A stretch of DNA of 64,000 bases, from positions 1 to 64,000 of IMG/VR virus record IMGVR_UViG_3300033145_001320. One strand, written 5' to 3'. The number at the start of each line of letters is the position of its first letter. Positions within the stretch are counted from its first letter, which is position 1. Positions 1 to 10,595 of this stretch are shown here, piece after piece. A model generated the notes under the pieces. That model was not told the DNA's origin. It worked only from the letters and a program-made list of their open reading frames with translations, and did not search any database. Both the position numbers and the translations under genes were made by a program. Origin of the DNA: a virus.

Positions 1-2105
1 TTACCACCAGCTCCAGTAGCAAATCTAGCAAGTCCTCTGGCACCACCACCTTGTAATGCACCTCTTGCACCACCTAGCGCTTTTCCAAGTTTTCCAGAAC
101 CACCTATTATTGTTTTACCTGCTCCTTTTCCAAACAATCTACCTACACCAGATATACCTTTTCCCATAAGTTTAAACATTTTCATGAATGGTCCGAGAAA
201 GAATACTGAAATAGTTTTGATAAGACGTCCTATTCTTCCCATTCTACCTAACAGGTTTGAAAAGAATCCGACTATCATTGGAATCCAACCTTTTACATCT
301 TTCCTATTTCTCTTAGCTGTCTGTGCCATCTTTCTGGTATTTTTTCTTATTTCAGCTAATTTTCTCTGTTTATCTCTTTCACTATTATAATTATCTTTAA
401 ATGCTTTCTTTGCAAGTTTTGCAGTTTTAAATATACTATTCTTTATTTTCGAAACTTGTTTTGTAAGAGTACGAGAAAGTTTATTTCCTTTGATAGCTGA
501 AATTGTTGATGATGCAATATTCTGTGCCATACTTGGTGAATGTGGACCTTCTCGATCTTCTCGATCTTCTTCAGATTTTCTGATTCGACTTAATTCATCG
601 ACCATTCTACCTTTCCAAGTTTTAGCAGTACCCCATGCTTCTTCACCTTTACCTTTTGCCCATGCACCTGCCCCACCAACAGCACCTGCTCCTGTTTCGT
701 ATATGGATGATGCTTTGCCCATAGCTCTATCTTTCATCTCTTTAGCTTTTCTAACTTGTTCATCTGTTATTGGTGCTGCTGGTCCTTCTCTCATTTTACC
801 AAAAATGTTTGCTTTAGTAAACCCCATATTTCTAAGGATTGCACCAGGTGATAATAAATCAGAAAAACTTGTAATACCAGCTTCTTGTAAAGCACTCTTA
901 TCAAGTCCCAATTTTTCTGAAAACATATCGAAAGCATTTCGTTTGCTGAACTTTCTTGTGGTCATAAATTCTTTTATTTTACCAAACAATGTATATGTTT
1001 TTGAAGATACTGGAGATACCTCTTCTCCCACTAATGCTTCAGCTGTGACTTTTGTATATTTATCAATATTTCGTAGGAAGACCATCCCTTTTGTATAGAT
1101 TAATGCTAGTAAGTTGACTTGTTGTTGATATATATTACTTGTTCGTGTTGCTTTTCTTACATCGCCTAAATAACCCCCACGAGCACTAAACAGTACTTTA
1201 AACGGAGTTGTGATAGATGATTTCATCAATTGACTAAACATTAGCATAGATTTGAGTGCTGGATTTTCTAATAGAGTTCTTTGCCAAGCAATCTGCATAC
1301 GATCCGCTGTACCAATTTGAGCTGCTTTTAATTCATTCATTGATTTTAATAGCTTTTGTTGAGTTTCTGTGGAGATCTTAGACGATGATCGTAGACCTTT
1401 ATTGATTTGTGACAATTCCTCTAAAACTTTATTGCTGCTGGTCGGATCAATTTTATCAAGGAGTTTATCGACTGGGGTTACAACTTCAGCAGCGTGAACT
1501 TCAATCATACCACCTTTTTTAATGAAACCACCTTCTTGTAGTTTTGGAGGATTTGCGGCACTAATATTATCTGATTGTTTTTTCTTGAATACGTTTCCTA
1601 GTGATTCTCCTGCTTTTGATAATGTACCACTAACTTGTTCTTTTATTTTTTTAGCAGATTGTTGGAAAACATCTGTTTCCATAAACTTGGCAGCAAAATA
1701 CCCAAACAGAGGAGTTGCTCTTGACATAGCCATAACCATTGTATTTTGTTTGTTAACACTTATATCTTCACCAATTGCTTTTCCGTATTGACCAATTGCT
1801 CCAGCAGTTGCTTTCGCTGTATCGCTTGTAATACTTGCTACTCCAACGGATAAGCTTTGGATTGTCTTCCCAAGACTTTTTACAACTCCATTATATGCAT
1901 TTGCAGTTTCATTTGTAAATTCGCTTTTTTCTATATCTAGTTGTTGCATTAACCTTTGTTGTTCTTTTGTTAATGAACTAACTTCTGATGAGATTTGCAT
2001 AGCCTTTTTATCTTGTTCTTGAACCATCCCATTTACTTTGTTATGAAGGCTATTAATTCGGCGTGCTCTATCGTTTCCTCCACTTGGTGGTTTTGGATCA
2101 GCCAT
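1..2105 (-). CDS. Large tape-measure-like / virion structural protein, 5' part (runs off the window)
   Basis: Read manually on the minus strand from ATG at 2105 (MADPKPPSGGNDRARRINSLHNKV...), after a GGAG RBS, and open to position 1. Helical Ala/Lys/Gly-rich composition, with Gly-rich amphipathic stretches (GKGISGVGRLFGKGAGKTIIGGSGKLGKALGG) typical of tape measure proteins. Follows the terminase. Missing from the ORF track because it has no stop in the window. Confidence 0.55.
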   Translation of the reverse strand, partial: MADPKPPSGGNDRARRINSLHNKVNGMVQEQDKKAMQISSEVSSLTKEQQRLMQQLDIEKSEFTNETANAYNGVVKSLGKTIQSLSVGVASITSDTAKATAGAIGQYGKAIGEDISVNKQNTMVMAMSRATPLFGYFAAKFMETDVFQQSAKKIKEQVSGTLSKAGESLGNVFKKKQSDNISAANPPKLQEGGFIKKGGMIEVHAAEVVTPVDKLLDKIDPTSSNKVLEELSQINKGLRSSSKISTETQQKLLKSMNELKAAQIGTADRMQIAWQRTLLENPALKSMLMFSQLMKSSITTPFKVLFSARGGYLGDVRKATRTSNIYQQQVNLLALIYTKGMVFLRNIDKYTKVTAEALVGEEVSPVSSKTYTLFGKIKEFMTTRKFSKRNAFDMFSEKLGLDKSALQEAGITSFSDLLSPGAILRNMGFTKANIFGKMREGPAAPITDEQVRKAKEMKDRAMGKASSIYETGAGAVGGAGAWAKGKGEEAWGTAKTWKGRMVDELSRIRKSEEDREDREGPHSPSMAQNIASSTISAIKGNKLSRTLTKQVSKIKNSIFKTAKLAKKAFKDNYNSERDKQRKLAEIRKNTRKMAQTAKRNRKDVKGWIPMIVGFFSNLLGRMGRIGRLIKTISVFFLGPFMKMFKLMGKGISGVGRLFGKGAGKTIIGGSGKLGKALGGARGALQGGGARGLARFATGAGG

Positions 2106-2131
2106 TTAGTTATCTCCTTACAGGTAGTGCT

Positions 2132-3793
2132 CTATTTATTTTGATACATTCCAAGGATGTCAACAAACCCCTGCATCTCTCCAATGTTATCTTTAACATG
2201 TTTCATTATACCTTCATTAGTAAAGGACTCAGATGATCCCTCTGTGTTACTTCTAATAATGCTAGCCATTTCTGATGAAATTTGTGTAAACTCTTGTGTT
2301 CCAATTAACATCGGTGGATCATATTTTCTAACATACATAACAACAGATGTTGCGAGCACAAGGTCATCGTGACATCCTGAATCTGCTTCAACACGCCCGC
2401 TTGTTTTTGTTACTAATCCTGCAATTTCTAATGCCAATCTTTCTGATTTAACACATTCAGGATATTGAGTAATATATGAATAAAGTGCATCTATCATTAA
2501 TGGTCTAGTTTTTGAGTTTGTTGAAAGTCCTGGCAATACAGTTTGCTTCCCACGTTTCTCTTTATAAATCATATGACCAAACTCACTATTATTTAATTGT
2601 TCAACAACTTGATTTCCATATGAGTTTGATTCTACAACAATCAGACCAGGATATTGCGCTGCTAATACTTTTACAATTTTTACATAATCAAGGACTTTAC
2701 ATTTACCTTGATATTCTGCAACCTGTTCAAGAGTTTCATAATCCCAAACAGTAACAGCAGATTTATCTTCACCATGTTCAGGAGCTGTATCGACGCCCAT
2801 TATATAATATCTTCCGGGTATTGCATGGTCCCATTTCCACAATTCCCCATTGAAAAGTTTTGTAGTTTCAATAGGTTTATGAGCTGCATCTTGAACTTTT
2901 TCAACAGTCTCTGGTTCAAAGAATGAACCTTCTGCTGGTAAGAATTTTAGTTCCAATTCCTGAGCAATTTTTCTTTTATCATTATCAAATAATAAACATT
3001 GTGTTTTATACCAATCTTCATCATCAGCTAACTCAGGAATACTTTTCCAGTGAATAACAAATGGTTCAAATATATCGGTTCTTGATACAGCGTTCATGTA
3101 TCGTTTGAAGTACCACTCGCCTATTCCTACAGTTTTATTTGGTGTTGAGAGAACAACTGTACCGTATGGCACATTTGCTTTTTTAGCTTGCATTTGATTT
3201 GTTGATAATGCCGGAACCAGAGAAGTCCAAGCAGTATCAATATGATGAACAAATGCTGCCTCATCAATTACTAAGAATGTCAATGCCTTACCACGAAGGG
3301 TTTTATCTGGAGCATTAGGATTAACTGGCGATGCAAATACTTTAGAACCATTTGTTAAAATAAATGATTGCTCTGTTCTTTTTGCAAATCCTCTTCCGAG
3401 CATTCCACCTGGAGGTTTCATCCAATCGGGTAATTTCTCAACCATTCCACGAACAGCTCTAGCAAAGTCAGTAGCTTCTTTTCCATCTTTTGAAATAATT
3501 CCGATAACAGCATTATCAAAAAAGATTGTTAACCATGCAGAATATGCTTGGATGATAGTTGATATTCCGATCTGTCGACTCTTTAATACAAGTACATAAT
3601 GTTTTTCTTCAACCAAATTAATAAGTTCGACCTGTTTTTGATAAGGTACTAATTTAACATCTTTTCCCGGTATTTCAATTAGAATATATCTAGAACAAAA
3701 ATATTGGAAGTCAGCTTTACATCTTAAAAATTCACTTACATACTCATCGGCAAGACCCTGAATATCTCTGGGTTTTACGTTTTTAGATGCCAT
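2132..3793 (-). CDS. terL: Terminase large subunit (T4 gp17-like)
   Basis: Walker A KSRQIGIS, Walker B LVIDEAAF, motif III STPN, RNase H-like nuclease motifs GVDTA...EDKS and HDDLVLA. Confidence 0.93.
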   Translation of the reverse strand: MASKNVKPRDIQGLADEYVSEFLRCKADFQYFCSRYILIEIPGKDVKLVPYQKQVELINLVEEKHYVLVLKSRQIGISTIIQAYSAWLTIFFDNAVIGIISKDGKEATDFARAVRGMVEKLPDWMKPPGGMLGRGFAKRTEQSFILTNGSKVFASPVNPNAPDKTLRGKALTFLVIDEAAFVHHIDTAWTSLVPALSTNQMQAKKANVPYGTVVLSTPNKTVGIGEWYFKRYMNAVSRTDIFEPFVIHWKSIPELADDEDWYKTQCLLFDNDKRKIAQELELKFLPAEGSFFEPETVEKVQDAAHKPIETTKLFNGELWKWDHAIPGRYYIMGVDTAPEHGEDKSAVTVWDYETLEQVAEYQGKCKVLDYVKIVKVLAAQYPGLIVVESNSYGNQVVEQLNNSEFGHMIYKEKRGKQTVLPGLSTNSKTRPLMIDALYSYITQYPECVKSERLALEIAGLVTKTSGRVEADSGCHDDLVLATSVVMYVRKYDPPMLIGTQEFTQISSEMASIIRSNTEGSSESFTNEGIMKHVKDNIGEMQGFVDILGMYQNK

Positions 3794-3807
3794 ACTATTC
3801 TCCTTTA

Positions 3808-3817
3808 TTTTTTGTTC
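3808..3817 (-). promoter_or_regulatory. GAACAAAAAA motif upstream of terminase (candidate late promoter)
   Basis: Identical 10-mer at 5144-5153 and 59410-59419, each intergenic and just upstream of a gene start. Confidence 0.5.
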
Positions 3818-3834
3818 TAAAAATTAGTTTACTT

Positions 3835-5121
3835 CTAATTCTTTTTATTTGTTCTGTTGAGGTTTATTTGGGCGGTACTTTGCCATCCAGGTCCTTGTCT
3901 TTTAAAATTAAGAATTGAACTCCATAATATATACTTCCCTTCAAAATCTTGATATTCGATTGAAGCTGGTTTAAACTTAACACACTCTCCAACATCCATA
4001 AGTTTTAAGACTGGTAAGTTTCTTTCTAAATTTAATGAAATACTGGCAAGATCGGATACACTTCGTCCGTATCGAGAATCAAATTGAGTAAGCTTTGTAT
4101 TATACCCTGTATCCTCATTATAATATTTAATACTTTTGGCTGCCTCATCAATATATAAATTTTTATTTCTTTGACTGTAAAATAATGATTCTTCTTTAGC
4201 GATTGTATCAAGATCAAAAACTAATATTGATGATAATGTATCTTTTGGTCTTACAAGCTGATGAATATATGATCCAGTATCAGCAAATCTCACATTTCCA
4301 GAATATGAACTTTCAACAGAATCATATGTATAAAAAACAGTACCTAGATTATCAGAATCATCAAATACTTTTTGATCGAGTTTACTGGGGTGATCTGATG
4401 ATGCTAATTGATAGACTGTAAATGCTTGATCCATACTTATTTTGGCTGTTAAATTCTTAATATATACTTTATTATCATATTGACAAAAGACACCTGGGGT
4501 TCCTGAAAATAATCCAAATCTTTGATCTAAAAACCCATCAAATATATTAGAAGAACCTCTATTGTATTCTTTAATAACTTTATAAAATGATGTTGGAGGG
4601 ACACAAATTTGATCAATTGTTGTTGTATTCTGCCCATTTGTATCATATTCTACAGTTGTTCCAACTTCAGTTGCTAAAGATGCAATAACAGATTTCAAAT
4701 CTGTGCCAATAAAAACATCATTAACTAAAGTTGACATAGTTTTATATGATTGCCTTACAATGGTTGTAATTCTTATTGGAGTCCTGACTGGTTGTGTTGT
4801 GGTTGACATTTGACTTCTACTATCTAGTTTAAATCTGGATGTAAGATACATAAGTTCCACTTCTATGCTTGGCCCGGGTATCGCTTGTTCTCTAGTAAGA
4901 GTTATTGTAAGTTTGATTGGTTCACCACCAAATATATCTTCCACAATAGCATCGGCAGGATCTAACAAAAAATGTAGATCAATTACTTGGTATGCAGTAC
5001 TCAAAGAAGACGTAAGGGTTACACCTGTTACATCATTAGTGTAATCTAAATCTTTTATCATTACTTTAATGACATATAATTGATTGTCTACATATCCGAC
5101 ATCTGCTGGTTTTTCTGGCAT
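3835..5121 (-). CDS. Hypothetical protein, probably virion structural (baseplate hub/tail-like)
   Basis: 428 aa, beta-rich, precedes terL. The C-terminal ...VGECVKF...FEGKYIL pattern resembles hub proteins. Function is inferred. Confidence 0.4.
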   Translation of the reverse strand: MPEKPADVGYVDNQLYVIKVMIKDLDYTNDVTGVTLTSSLSTAYQVIDLHFLLDPADAIVEDIFGGEPIKLTITLTREQAIPGPSIEVELMYLTSRFKLDSRSQMSTTTQPVRTPIRITTIVRQSYKTMSTLVNDVFIGTDLKSVIASLATEVGTTVEYDTNGQNTTTIDQICVPPTSFYKVIKEYNRGSSNIFDGFLDQRFGLFSGTPGVFCQYDNKVYIKNLTAKISMDQAFTVYQLASSDHPSKLDQKVFDDSDNLGTVFYTYDSVESSYSGNVRFADTGSYIHQLVRPKDTLSSILVFDLDTIAKEESLFYSQRNKNLYIDEAAKSIKYYNEDTGYNTKLTQFDSRYGRSVSDLASISLNLERNLPVLKLMDVGECVKFKPASIEYQDFEGKYILWSSILNFKRQGPGWQSTAQINLNRTNKKN

Positions 5122-5143
5122 GACTCTATTATCCCTTATTTTC

Positions 5144-5153
5144 TTTTTTGTTC
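5144..5153 (-). promoter_or_regulatory. GAACAAAAAA motif (candidate late promoter)
   Basis: Lies immediately downstream of a terminator and upstream of the 428-aa gene; repeated at 3808 and 59410. Confidence 0.5.
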
Positions 5154-5154
5154 C

Positions 5155-5186
5155 AAAAAAAATGAGGGGTTACAACAACCCCTCAT
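5155..5186 (-). terminator. Rho-independent terminator
   Basis: ATGAGGGGTT/AACCCCTCAT 10-bp stem followed by a T-tract on the minus strand. Confidence 0.85.
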
Positions 5187-5200
5187 AAATATAACTCACG

Positions 5201-6133
5201 CTACGAAGTTTGTAGTCTTTCTAAAACATCAAACATTCGTGGTGGTATAATCAGAACACTTTCTGCTGCATTTTCCATTAACCTTTTAATGTTAAGGTTC
5301 GGTTCGAAACTACTATATCTCACAATCGCAAGAAACATTTGCCATGCTGTTGGCAATCTATTTCCTGACGCTGTTTGCATTTCATCCAATAATGTTGAAA
5401 CAGCTTCCCTTCTCTTTTTTCCAAATCCTTCTACTACATCAAGAACCCCAAGCATTTCTTGTTCACTAAGTTCACTTGAAAAACTTTGAGTAATCATATC
5501 TGCAATGTTTTCTGTAAACACTCCCATATAGGAATTAATTGCAGATGCCATTTCTGTATTAGAATTAACAATATGAATCTGCCTCATTTCTCCGAGACTA
5601 AAACCGAATGTTACTCGCTCTCTATTCACATATGTTGCAATTCCAAAAGATAAGGATGCTGCTTTTGTTCCATTATAACTATTTTGAACAATCATAACTG
5701 GAAGTACATCTCCTGCATTTGGAACATTTTGTGAACTTTGAATAATCAATTCAGTTCTCATTCGTGTGAGATCATAACTGAGAATACAATTTTCAGTTAC
5801 TATTGGCATACCTACTGCCTGAACTGCTGATCTGATTCTTTCATTCAATACATCGTTACCCATGAATTGATAAAAGTCAGATACTGTACCACAATATTTA
5901 TATTCATCATCATCTGGAGCTTTTGTAAATATTGCCATCATCGGCATTTCAAACCCATCAGTTGGATGAGTTGCCTCCATCCCTCGATCTATATATGGAG
6001 AAGGCATTGTTGTTGCTTGTCTATATACGATTTCAGAATATCTATCGGAATAACTATAAAGTCCTCTAAATGAGCGACCTTGCAATCCCATTGATTCTGC
6101 TCTTTCGCTAAAGGGTGTCCTCATCGGGATCAC
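5201..6133 (-). CDS. DUF932-like phage protein
   Basis: G.VSDFYQ...N and VQNSYNGT.A.S motifs resemble the DUF932 NS(H/Y)DG motif. Confidence 0.5.
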   Translation of the reverse strand: MIPMRTPFSERAESMGLQGRSFRGLYSYSDRYSEIVYRQATTMPSPYIDRGMEATHPTDGFEMPMMAIFTKAPDDDEYKYCGTVSDFYQFMGNDVLNERIRSAVQAVGMPIVTENCILSYDLTRMRTELIIQSSQNVPNAGDVLPVMIVQNSYNGTKAASLSFGIATYVNRERVTFGFSLGEMRQIHIVNSNTEMASAINSYMGVFTENIADMITQSFSSELSEQEMLGVLDVVEGFGKKRREAVSTLLDEMQTASGNRLPTAWQMFLAIVRYSSFEPNLNIKRLMENAAESVLIIPPRMFDVLERLQTS

Positions 6134-6443
6134 CTCCTTCCTCTTTTAATACTTTGTTTATTGTTTTACATAATTTTATTTTCAGAGCTTCTTGAAACAT
6201 ATCCATTCTTCCCCGAAATATCATTCTACAAAGCATATCCATCATTACTTCAACTGATTCATCAACAGACATATTATCTATTTTGTGTTGATGTCTATGC
6301 TTTACAATATTTATGGTATTCTTGTAATCTAATGATATAGCGATAGTTGCCTCATGAAGAGTAAATGGTGGCAATGTACTTATTGATTGATTCTGTCTAA
6401 ATGATTGTGCTGATTTATTATGGTTAAATGAGTTTTTAGACAT
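6108..6443 (-). CDS. Hypothetical protein
   Basis: 111-aa ORF tightly packed in the operon. Confidence 0.55.
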   Translation of the reverse strand: MSKNSFNHNKSAQSFRQNQSISTLPPFTLHEATIAISLDYKNTINIVKHRHQHKIDNMSVDESVEVMMDMLCRMIFRGRMDMFQEALKIKLCKTINKVLKEEGGDPDEDTL

Positions 6444-7072
6444 TATACTCTCCAGGCAAAGAATCTCATATAAATATTACGCCCATCAAAATTGCATCGT
6501 TCTTCAATTTGTTTTGGATCTACTGTGAATCTTTTTTCACGCTCCCAAAATTTCTTTGCTCTGAATGGTGTCCATATTGAAGCATGAGGGCATGATGGTT
6601 CATTTAACAATTCAGTTGTTAATTCAGTATTCCATCCCGTAAAATCATCATACTGTTCGAAGTCTTTTATCTTACAACGTTGTTCTTCATTGATAATTCG
6701 CTGTGCTAATACTTGATAGTTTGGAACTATAACATCAATCATAGCGCCTTTACGTGCGACTGTTGATATTAAATATATAAAATAATCCAACTGTGTAAAT
6801 GATACATGTTCAAGGAATCTATATATCACAACACGATCAAATTGAAGTATGGTTCTCTCCATAAATTCAAATATATCTGTATTACAAAATCTCTGTTTGG
6901 AAACTGCATCGGGATCTTTTGCCCATTCTACTGCTTCTCTTTCAATACTTTGTGGGGTCGTGTCTGTATAATATGACGTATCAATGTTTAATGTGTACGA
7001 TGGAATCATTTCATCGTCCAATACAGTTGGTATTGGAGAAAGTTTTCCGCCTGCAATATTTAATATTATCAT
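6443..7072 (-). CDS. Class I SAM-dependent methyltransferase-like protein
   Basis: LNIAGG motif I-like segment, FDRVVIYRFLEHV and KGAMIDVIVPN, typical of small Methyltransf_11-like phage proteins. Confidence 0.6.
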   Translation of the reverse strand: MIILNIAGGKLSPIPTVLDDEMIPSYTLNIDTSYYTDTTPQSIEREAVEWAKDPDAVSKQRFCNTDIFEFMERTILQFDRVVIYRFLEHVSFTQLDYFIYLISTVARKGAMIDVIVPNYQVLAQRIINEEQRCKIKDFEQYDDFTGWNTELTTELLNEPSCPHASIWTPFRAKKFWEREKRFTVDPKQIEERCNFDGRNIYMRFFAWRV

Positions 7073-7081
7073 TATATCTCC

Positions 7082-7816
7082 TTATCTGACAAAATCTACT
7101 ACAATACTTTTTGTAAAGGGCGCTATGTAAAAATTGAAATAAGTGTCTCTATCAATATCATCTGGATCCATTATTTTTAATGTTGACTTCGTGACTTCGA
7201 CTTGACCATAACCCTTTAAAAAAATATTGTATTTATCATTCGCTTGAGGGATACCAAACAATTTAATGTTGGTTGTGGTCATCATATGATCTTTAATTCG
7301 TTGCAGGTTTCTGAATAATGTTTCCTTGTTGGTAAAATTTATTTTACATATTTTCTCATATATTGTATTTAATTCTTTATATTTATATGGGACACCTTTA
7401 ATAGATGTTTTGTTTTCACTATCCAGAGCGATGTATTTTTTTCTATCAATTGATGAAATAAAAATTATGAGATGCTTACGGATGTTCAATGGAATACCTT
7501 TTAAATCAGTTATCCTGAGAAGTTTCTTATGTAGCAATACACCATCATATTGACGGATCAATATATCATCATCTGTAATTTCATTCACCCGCATGTATTC
7601 ATCTATTATTGAGTTTGTTGTATTCCGTAGAAGAGATGTCAACTTTGGATTTTTTCTCATCATTTTACCAATTTGAATATTTCTTTCGGTTTTGTTATCC
7701 CGTTCAATTCCGGTCATATCCAAACCTAAGTTTTGCATGATGGAATAATGACAGGACTCAATATCATAAAGATACACATCGCTTAATATAAGCTTTTTAT
7801 TTTTGTTTATTTGCAT
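7082..7816 (-). CDS. Small family-B DNA polymerase-like protein (palm/thumb only)
   Basis: Motif A-like YDIESCHYSIM, motif C-like QYDG, then KKY and IKG motifs. No exonuclease domain; 244 aa. Confidence 0.6.
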   Translation of the reverse strand: MQINKNKKLILSDVYLYDIESCHYSIMQNLGLDMTGIERDNKTERNIQIGKMMRKNPKLTSLLRNTTNSIIDEYMRVNEITDDDILIRQYDGVLLHKKLLRITDLKGIPLNIRKHLIIFISSIDRKKYIALDSENKTSIKGVPYKYKELNTIYEKICKINFTNKETLFRNLQRIKDHMMTTTNIKLFGIPQANDKYNIFLKGYGQVEVTKSTLKIMDPDDIDRDTYFNFYIAPFTKSIVVDFVR

Positions 7817-7825
7817 GATGAATGA

Positions 7826-7860
7826 TGGATGGGGATAATATTTTCATTACCCCCCATCCA
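7826..7860 (-). terminator. Intergenic hairpin (possible terminator or processing site)
   Basis: TGGATGGGG...CCCCATCCA inverted repeat with no clear U-tract. Confidence 0.45.
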
Positions 7861-7866
7861 ATTCTC

Positions 7867-8619
7867 CTACTTTAAAATATCAATCAATACATTATCAATT
7901 TGTAAATGATGGTTGATATCTGTAACATCTCTTTGTCTATCAACTAACCAATTAACAACAGACTGATTCGTTGATAGGCCATCAATAGATTTTGCTGATT
8001 GTTTATATAATAATTGCAATGATTCTAAATCAGCAGGTTCAGCCAATTTTTCATATGTGATAATTGGCTGTGTTGCTGGAAGTTCTAATTCAGTATCTTT
8101 TTTCTTTACACGGATAATAGAATAAGGAATTATATAAGCACCAACTGAAGCACATAATGCACAAATCAAACCTGTACGAACACCGTATGTTTTGATAAAT
8201 ACATCTCCATGTTGGTATACAATTTTAAAACCATTATTATATATGTCCATTGATAAAGGTGGAAGATCTAAAACTGGAATTGAATCTGCATTGTCAAATA
8301 CTCTTAAAGCTCTTTCATCATTGCCATCATCATCAACACTACCTTCGTTGTTTTTGACAGCCATAATAAGAGTACTCTCAGAATTAATTCCACGAATTAC
8401 AACCTTTACCTGATTGATGTTGTCAATCCCTTCACTGTTAGCTTCAAACCATGATGATAACATGGCAATGGGAATAACATTAGCTTGAGGTTCTTCAATA
8501 ATATCTGTAGCCACATCTTCCGATGATTCTTCTTCCGGAAGATCCAAATCCGTTTCCGAAAATACTACGCCTTCTGTAGTGTCTGCAGCTTGGACTAGTT
8601 GTGATAAGTTTTCATTCAT
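7867..8619 (-). CDS. Hypothetical protein with acidic N-terminus
   Basis: 250-aa ORF with an AAGGAG RBS. Confidence 0.65.
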   Translation of the reverse strand: MNENLSQLVQAADTTEGVVFSETDLDLPEEESSEDVATDIIEEPQANVIPIAMLSSWFEANSEGIDNINQVKVVIRGINSESTLIMAVKNNEGSVDDDGNDERALRVFDNADSIPVLDLPPLSMDIYNNGFKIVYQHGDVFIKTYGVRTGLICALCASVGAYIIPYSIIRVKKKDTELELPATQPIITYEKLAEPADLESLQLLYKQSAKSIDGLSTNQSVVNWLVDRQRDVTDINHHLQIDNVLIDILK

Positions 8620-8646
8620 TTGAATATTTTCTCCTTTGTCGTTTTT

Positions 8647-9000
8647 TTATTCTTTCCATTTTAATGCATCGCTTTCTGCGTTCTCTCTCCATTTTGTTGG
8701 ATCGACTATTGCATATGTTTCTAATGCAGCACCAGCCAGAGCCATAACTTTAATGATTTCGGCATATGCTTTCACGGGAGCGAATCCTCCATTATGATGT
8801 TCAACACAATCCTCTAACCATGGAGGTAAATCTTTATCCCATTTTCCTACATATGCTGCTTTTGCTTCTTGAACATATCTTTCAAGAAATAACAGAAAAC
8901 TTGGAAAACTCAATGATGGATCATCTTTATATTCTCCAAATACACTTCGTTCATAATTTCGTTCTTTTTTATATAAGTCTCTCATTTTTGTTTCGTTCAT
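8647..9000 (-). CDS. MazG-like all-alpha nucleotide pyrophosphohydrolase-like protein
   Basis: EIIKVMALAGAALE resembles the E-L-x-Q-V-A-A-V-A helix of phage MazG-like proteins. Confidence 0.4.
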   Translation of the reverse strand: MNETKMRDLYKKERNYERSVFGEYKDDPSLSFPSFLLFLERYVQEAKAAYVGKWDKDLPPWLEDCVEHHNGGFAPVKAYAEIIKVMALAGAALETYAIVDPTKWRENAESDALKWKE

Positions 9001-9554
9001 GTATTTTCCTCACTTAGTCTATCTTGAAATTCTGATACAAATAATGTTCTTGCTTCTGATGTATTTCCATATTTTCTATAGAGTTCATTTAATATTCCGT
9101 CCATTCCGAAATTATCAATAATATTTTTAACATAATCAGAAATAGTATTATAAGGAAATGAACCAACATGTTCGAATGGATTTCCTACATAGAATCGTCT
9201 CATGTGTCCTATTTTTGGACCTGTTATCATCATAATATGACTTCCATAATCTCTGAAAATATCACCATGTTTTCTTTTTACGACTCTATATCTTGTCATT
9301 AATATAGCATATTGATTGAAAGCATATATTGGGACTCTTTTGTCTCTTTTCAACCTTTGTGCTTTATCTTCACTATCTAAAAACCAATCTTTATAATCAT
9401 AAGAAGCAAAATAACCAGATCCAAATTTGATTATATCACCACGCTTCCATCCGGTCCTTTCATCTTCAATTGGTTCTCTGACACAGTTAGCTATACCGTT
9501 CCATCGAGTTGAATGGCTGTATCTTTCTGGTTCTTCTTCCCATGGTCGAATCAT
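8997..9554 (-). CDS. Hypothetical protein
   Basis: 185-aa ORF with ATGA overlaps on both sides. Confidence 0.6.
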   Translation of the reverse strand: MIRPWEEEPERYSHSTRWNGIANCVREPIEDERTGWKRGDIIKFGSGYFASYDYKDWFLDSEDKAQRLKRDKRVPIYAFNQYAILMTRYRVVKRKHGDIFRDYGSHIMMITGPKIGHMRRFYVGNPFEHVGSFPYNTISDYVKNIIDNFGMDGILNELYRKYGNTSEARTLFVSEFQDRLSEENT

Positions 9555-10405
9555 AAGTATCTCCTACCGTTAAATCCCCCTACCCTTCCTTTCCAGTTTA
9601 TAGCAACCGCTTCAGATGTATGAATTGATTCTTCATGGCTGCATTTAACAATCCAATCTGCAACTCCTTTCATCTCATTTAATGATTGCGAAATTAATCT
9701 TATCGCATCTTCAACAAACATAGGATTTTCTGCTGCAACTCTTGCAATTTCCTGTTCGTCTACTCTTTTTATTATTGGGTATGGAAGAGTAAGAATTTTT
9801 GATTCAACTGCTTCAATTATATCTTCTAACCAAATATAATGTGGTTTGGTTTCACCTTCAATTAATATATCAGCAAATGATCTTTGATTGTGAGGAAAAC
9901 CTTTACTATTATGTTCAGTCAAATGCCCACATAATTCTGCTGAGCATGGACAGTATGAAGCATATTGAATTTTAACACCTTGATAGAATCTGAAGTTTTT
10001 CTCACCCCATAACTGGCCTTCAAATCTACATTTATAATAAATTGGAAATTCATTATCTGAAAGAATTGATTTACGAATAACTGGCATCCGAAATTCAAAT
10101 TTCATATAGCTTGCTGTACTTCCAACATTTTCTTTTACGTCTTTTAAAATTTGTTCAATTAATGTGCGTTTCAATGGTAAATCCAAATATGGTTTTAATG
10201 TCAGGAGGAGTCGAGACATTGAAATTCCTTTTGTCTTTTCATCTAAATCTGTTCTCATTGAGACATTTGCTGTCATCTGATGAAAACCTCCGTATTTAGA
10301 CTCTAATTTAAATGGAACCTCAACATTCTCGACACCTACCTGTTGTATGGGGATAAATATATTTGGAGGTTCGCATTGAATGTCAGGAAGACATTTGCCA
10401 ACCAT
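9551..10405 (-). CDS. folE2: GTP cyclohydrolase IB (FolE2)
   Basis: QVGV, KGISMSR, SYCPCS, PHNQRS, KRVDE, ENPMFVED and ESIH motifs. Confidence 0.93.
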   Translation of the reverse strand: MVGKCLPDIQCEPPNIFIPIQQVGVENVEVPFKLESKYGGFHQMTANVSMRTDLDEKTKGISMSRLLLTLKPYLDLPLKRTLIEQILKDVKENVGSTASYMKFEFRMPVIRKSILSDNEFPIYYKCRFEGQLWGEKNFRFYQGVKIQYASYCPCSAELCGHLTEHNSKGFPHNQRSFADILIEGETKPHYIWLEDIIEAVESKILTLPYPIIKRVDEQEIARVAAENPMFVEDAIRLISQSLNEMKGVADWIVKCSHEESIHTSEAVAINWKGRVGGFNGRRYL

Positions 10406-10418
10406 TAGTGTTCCTCCT

Positions 10419-10595
10419 TTATATATCTAGATCTTTTGGATCAAATAAAATTATTTGTTCTTTGGGTACTTCTTTTTCTTCGGCTACTTTACTTAATGTA
10501 AGTTTCGATAGTTTATATTTCCCTGTTGCCGGGAGAGCATACCAGACATATGACGATGATGATGTGTCTGATGATGTTGAATTATACCAGGTCAT
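10419..10595 (-). CDS. Small hypothetical protein (58 aa), not in the ORF track
   Basis: ATGA overlap with the RNAP beta stop; MTWYNSTSSDTSSSSYVWYALP...FDPKDLDI*. Confidence 0.55.
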   Translation of the reverse strand: MTWYNSTSSDTSSSSYVWYALPATGKYKLSKLTLSKVAEEKEVPKEQIILFDPKDLDI

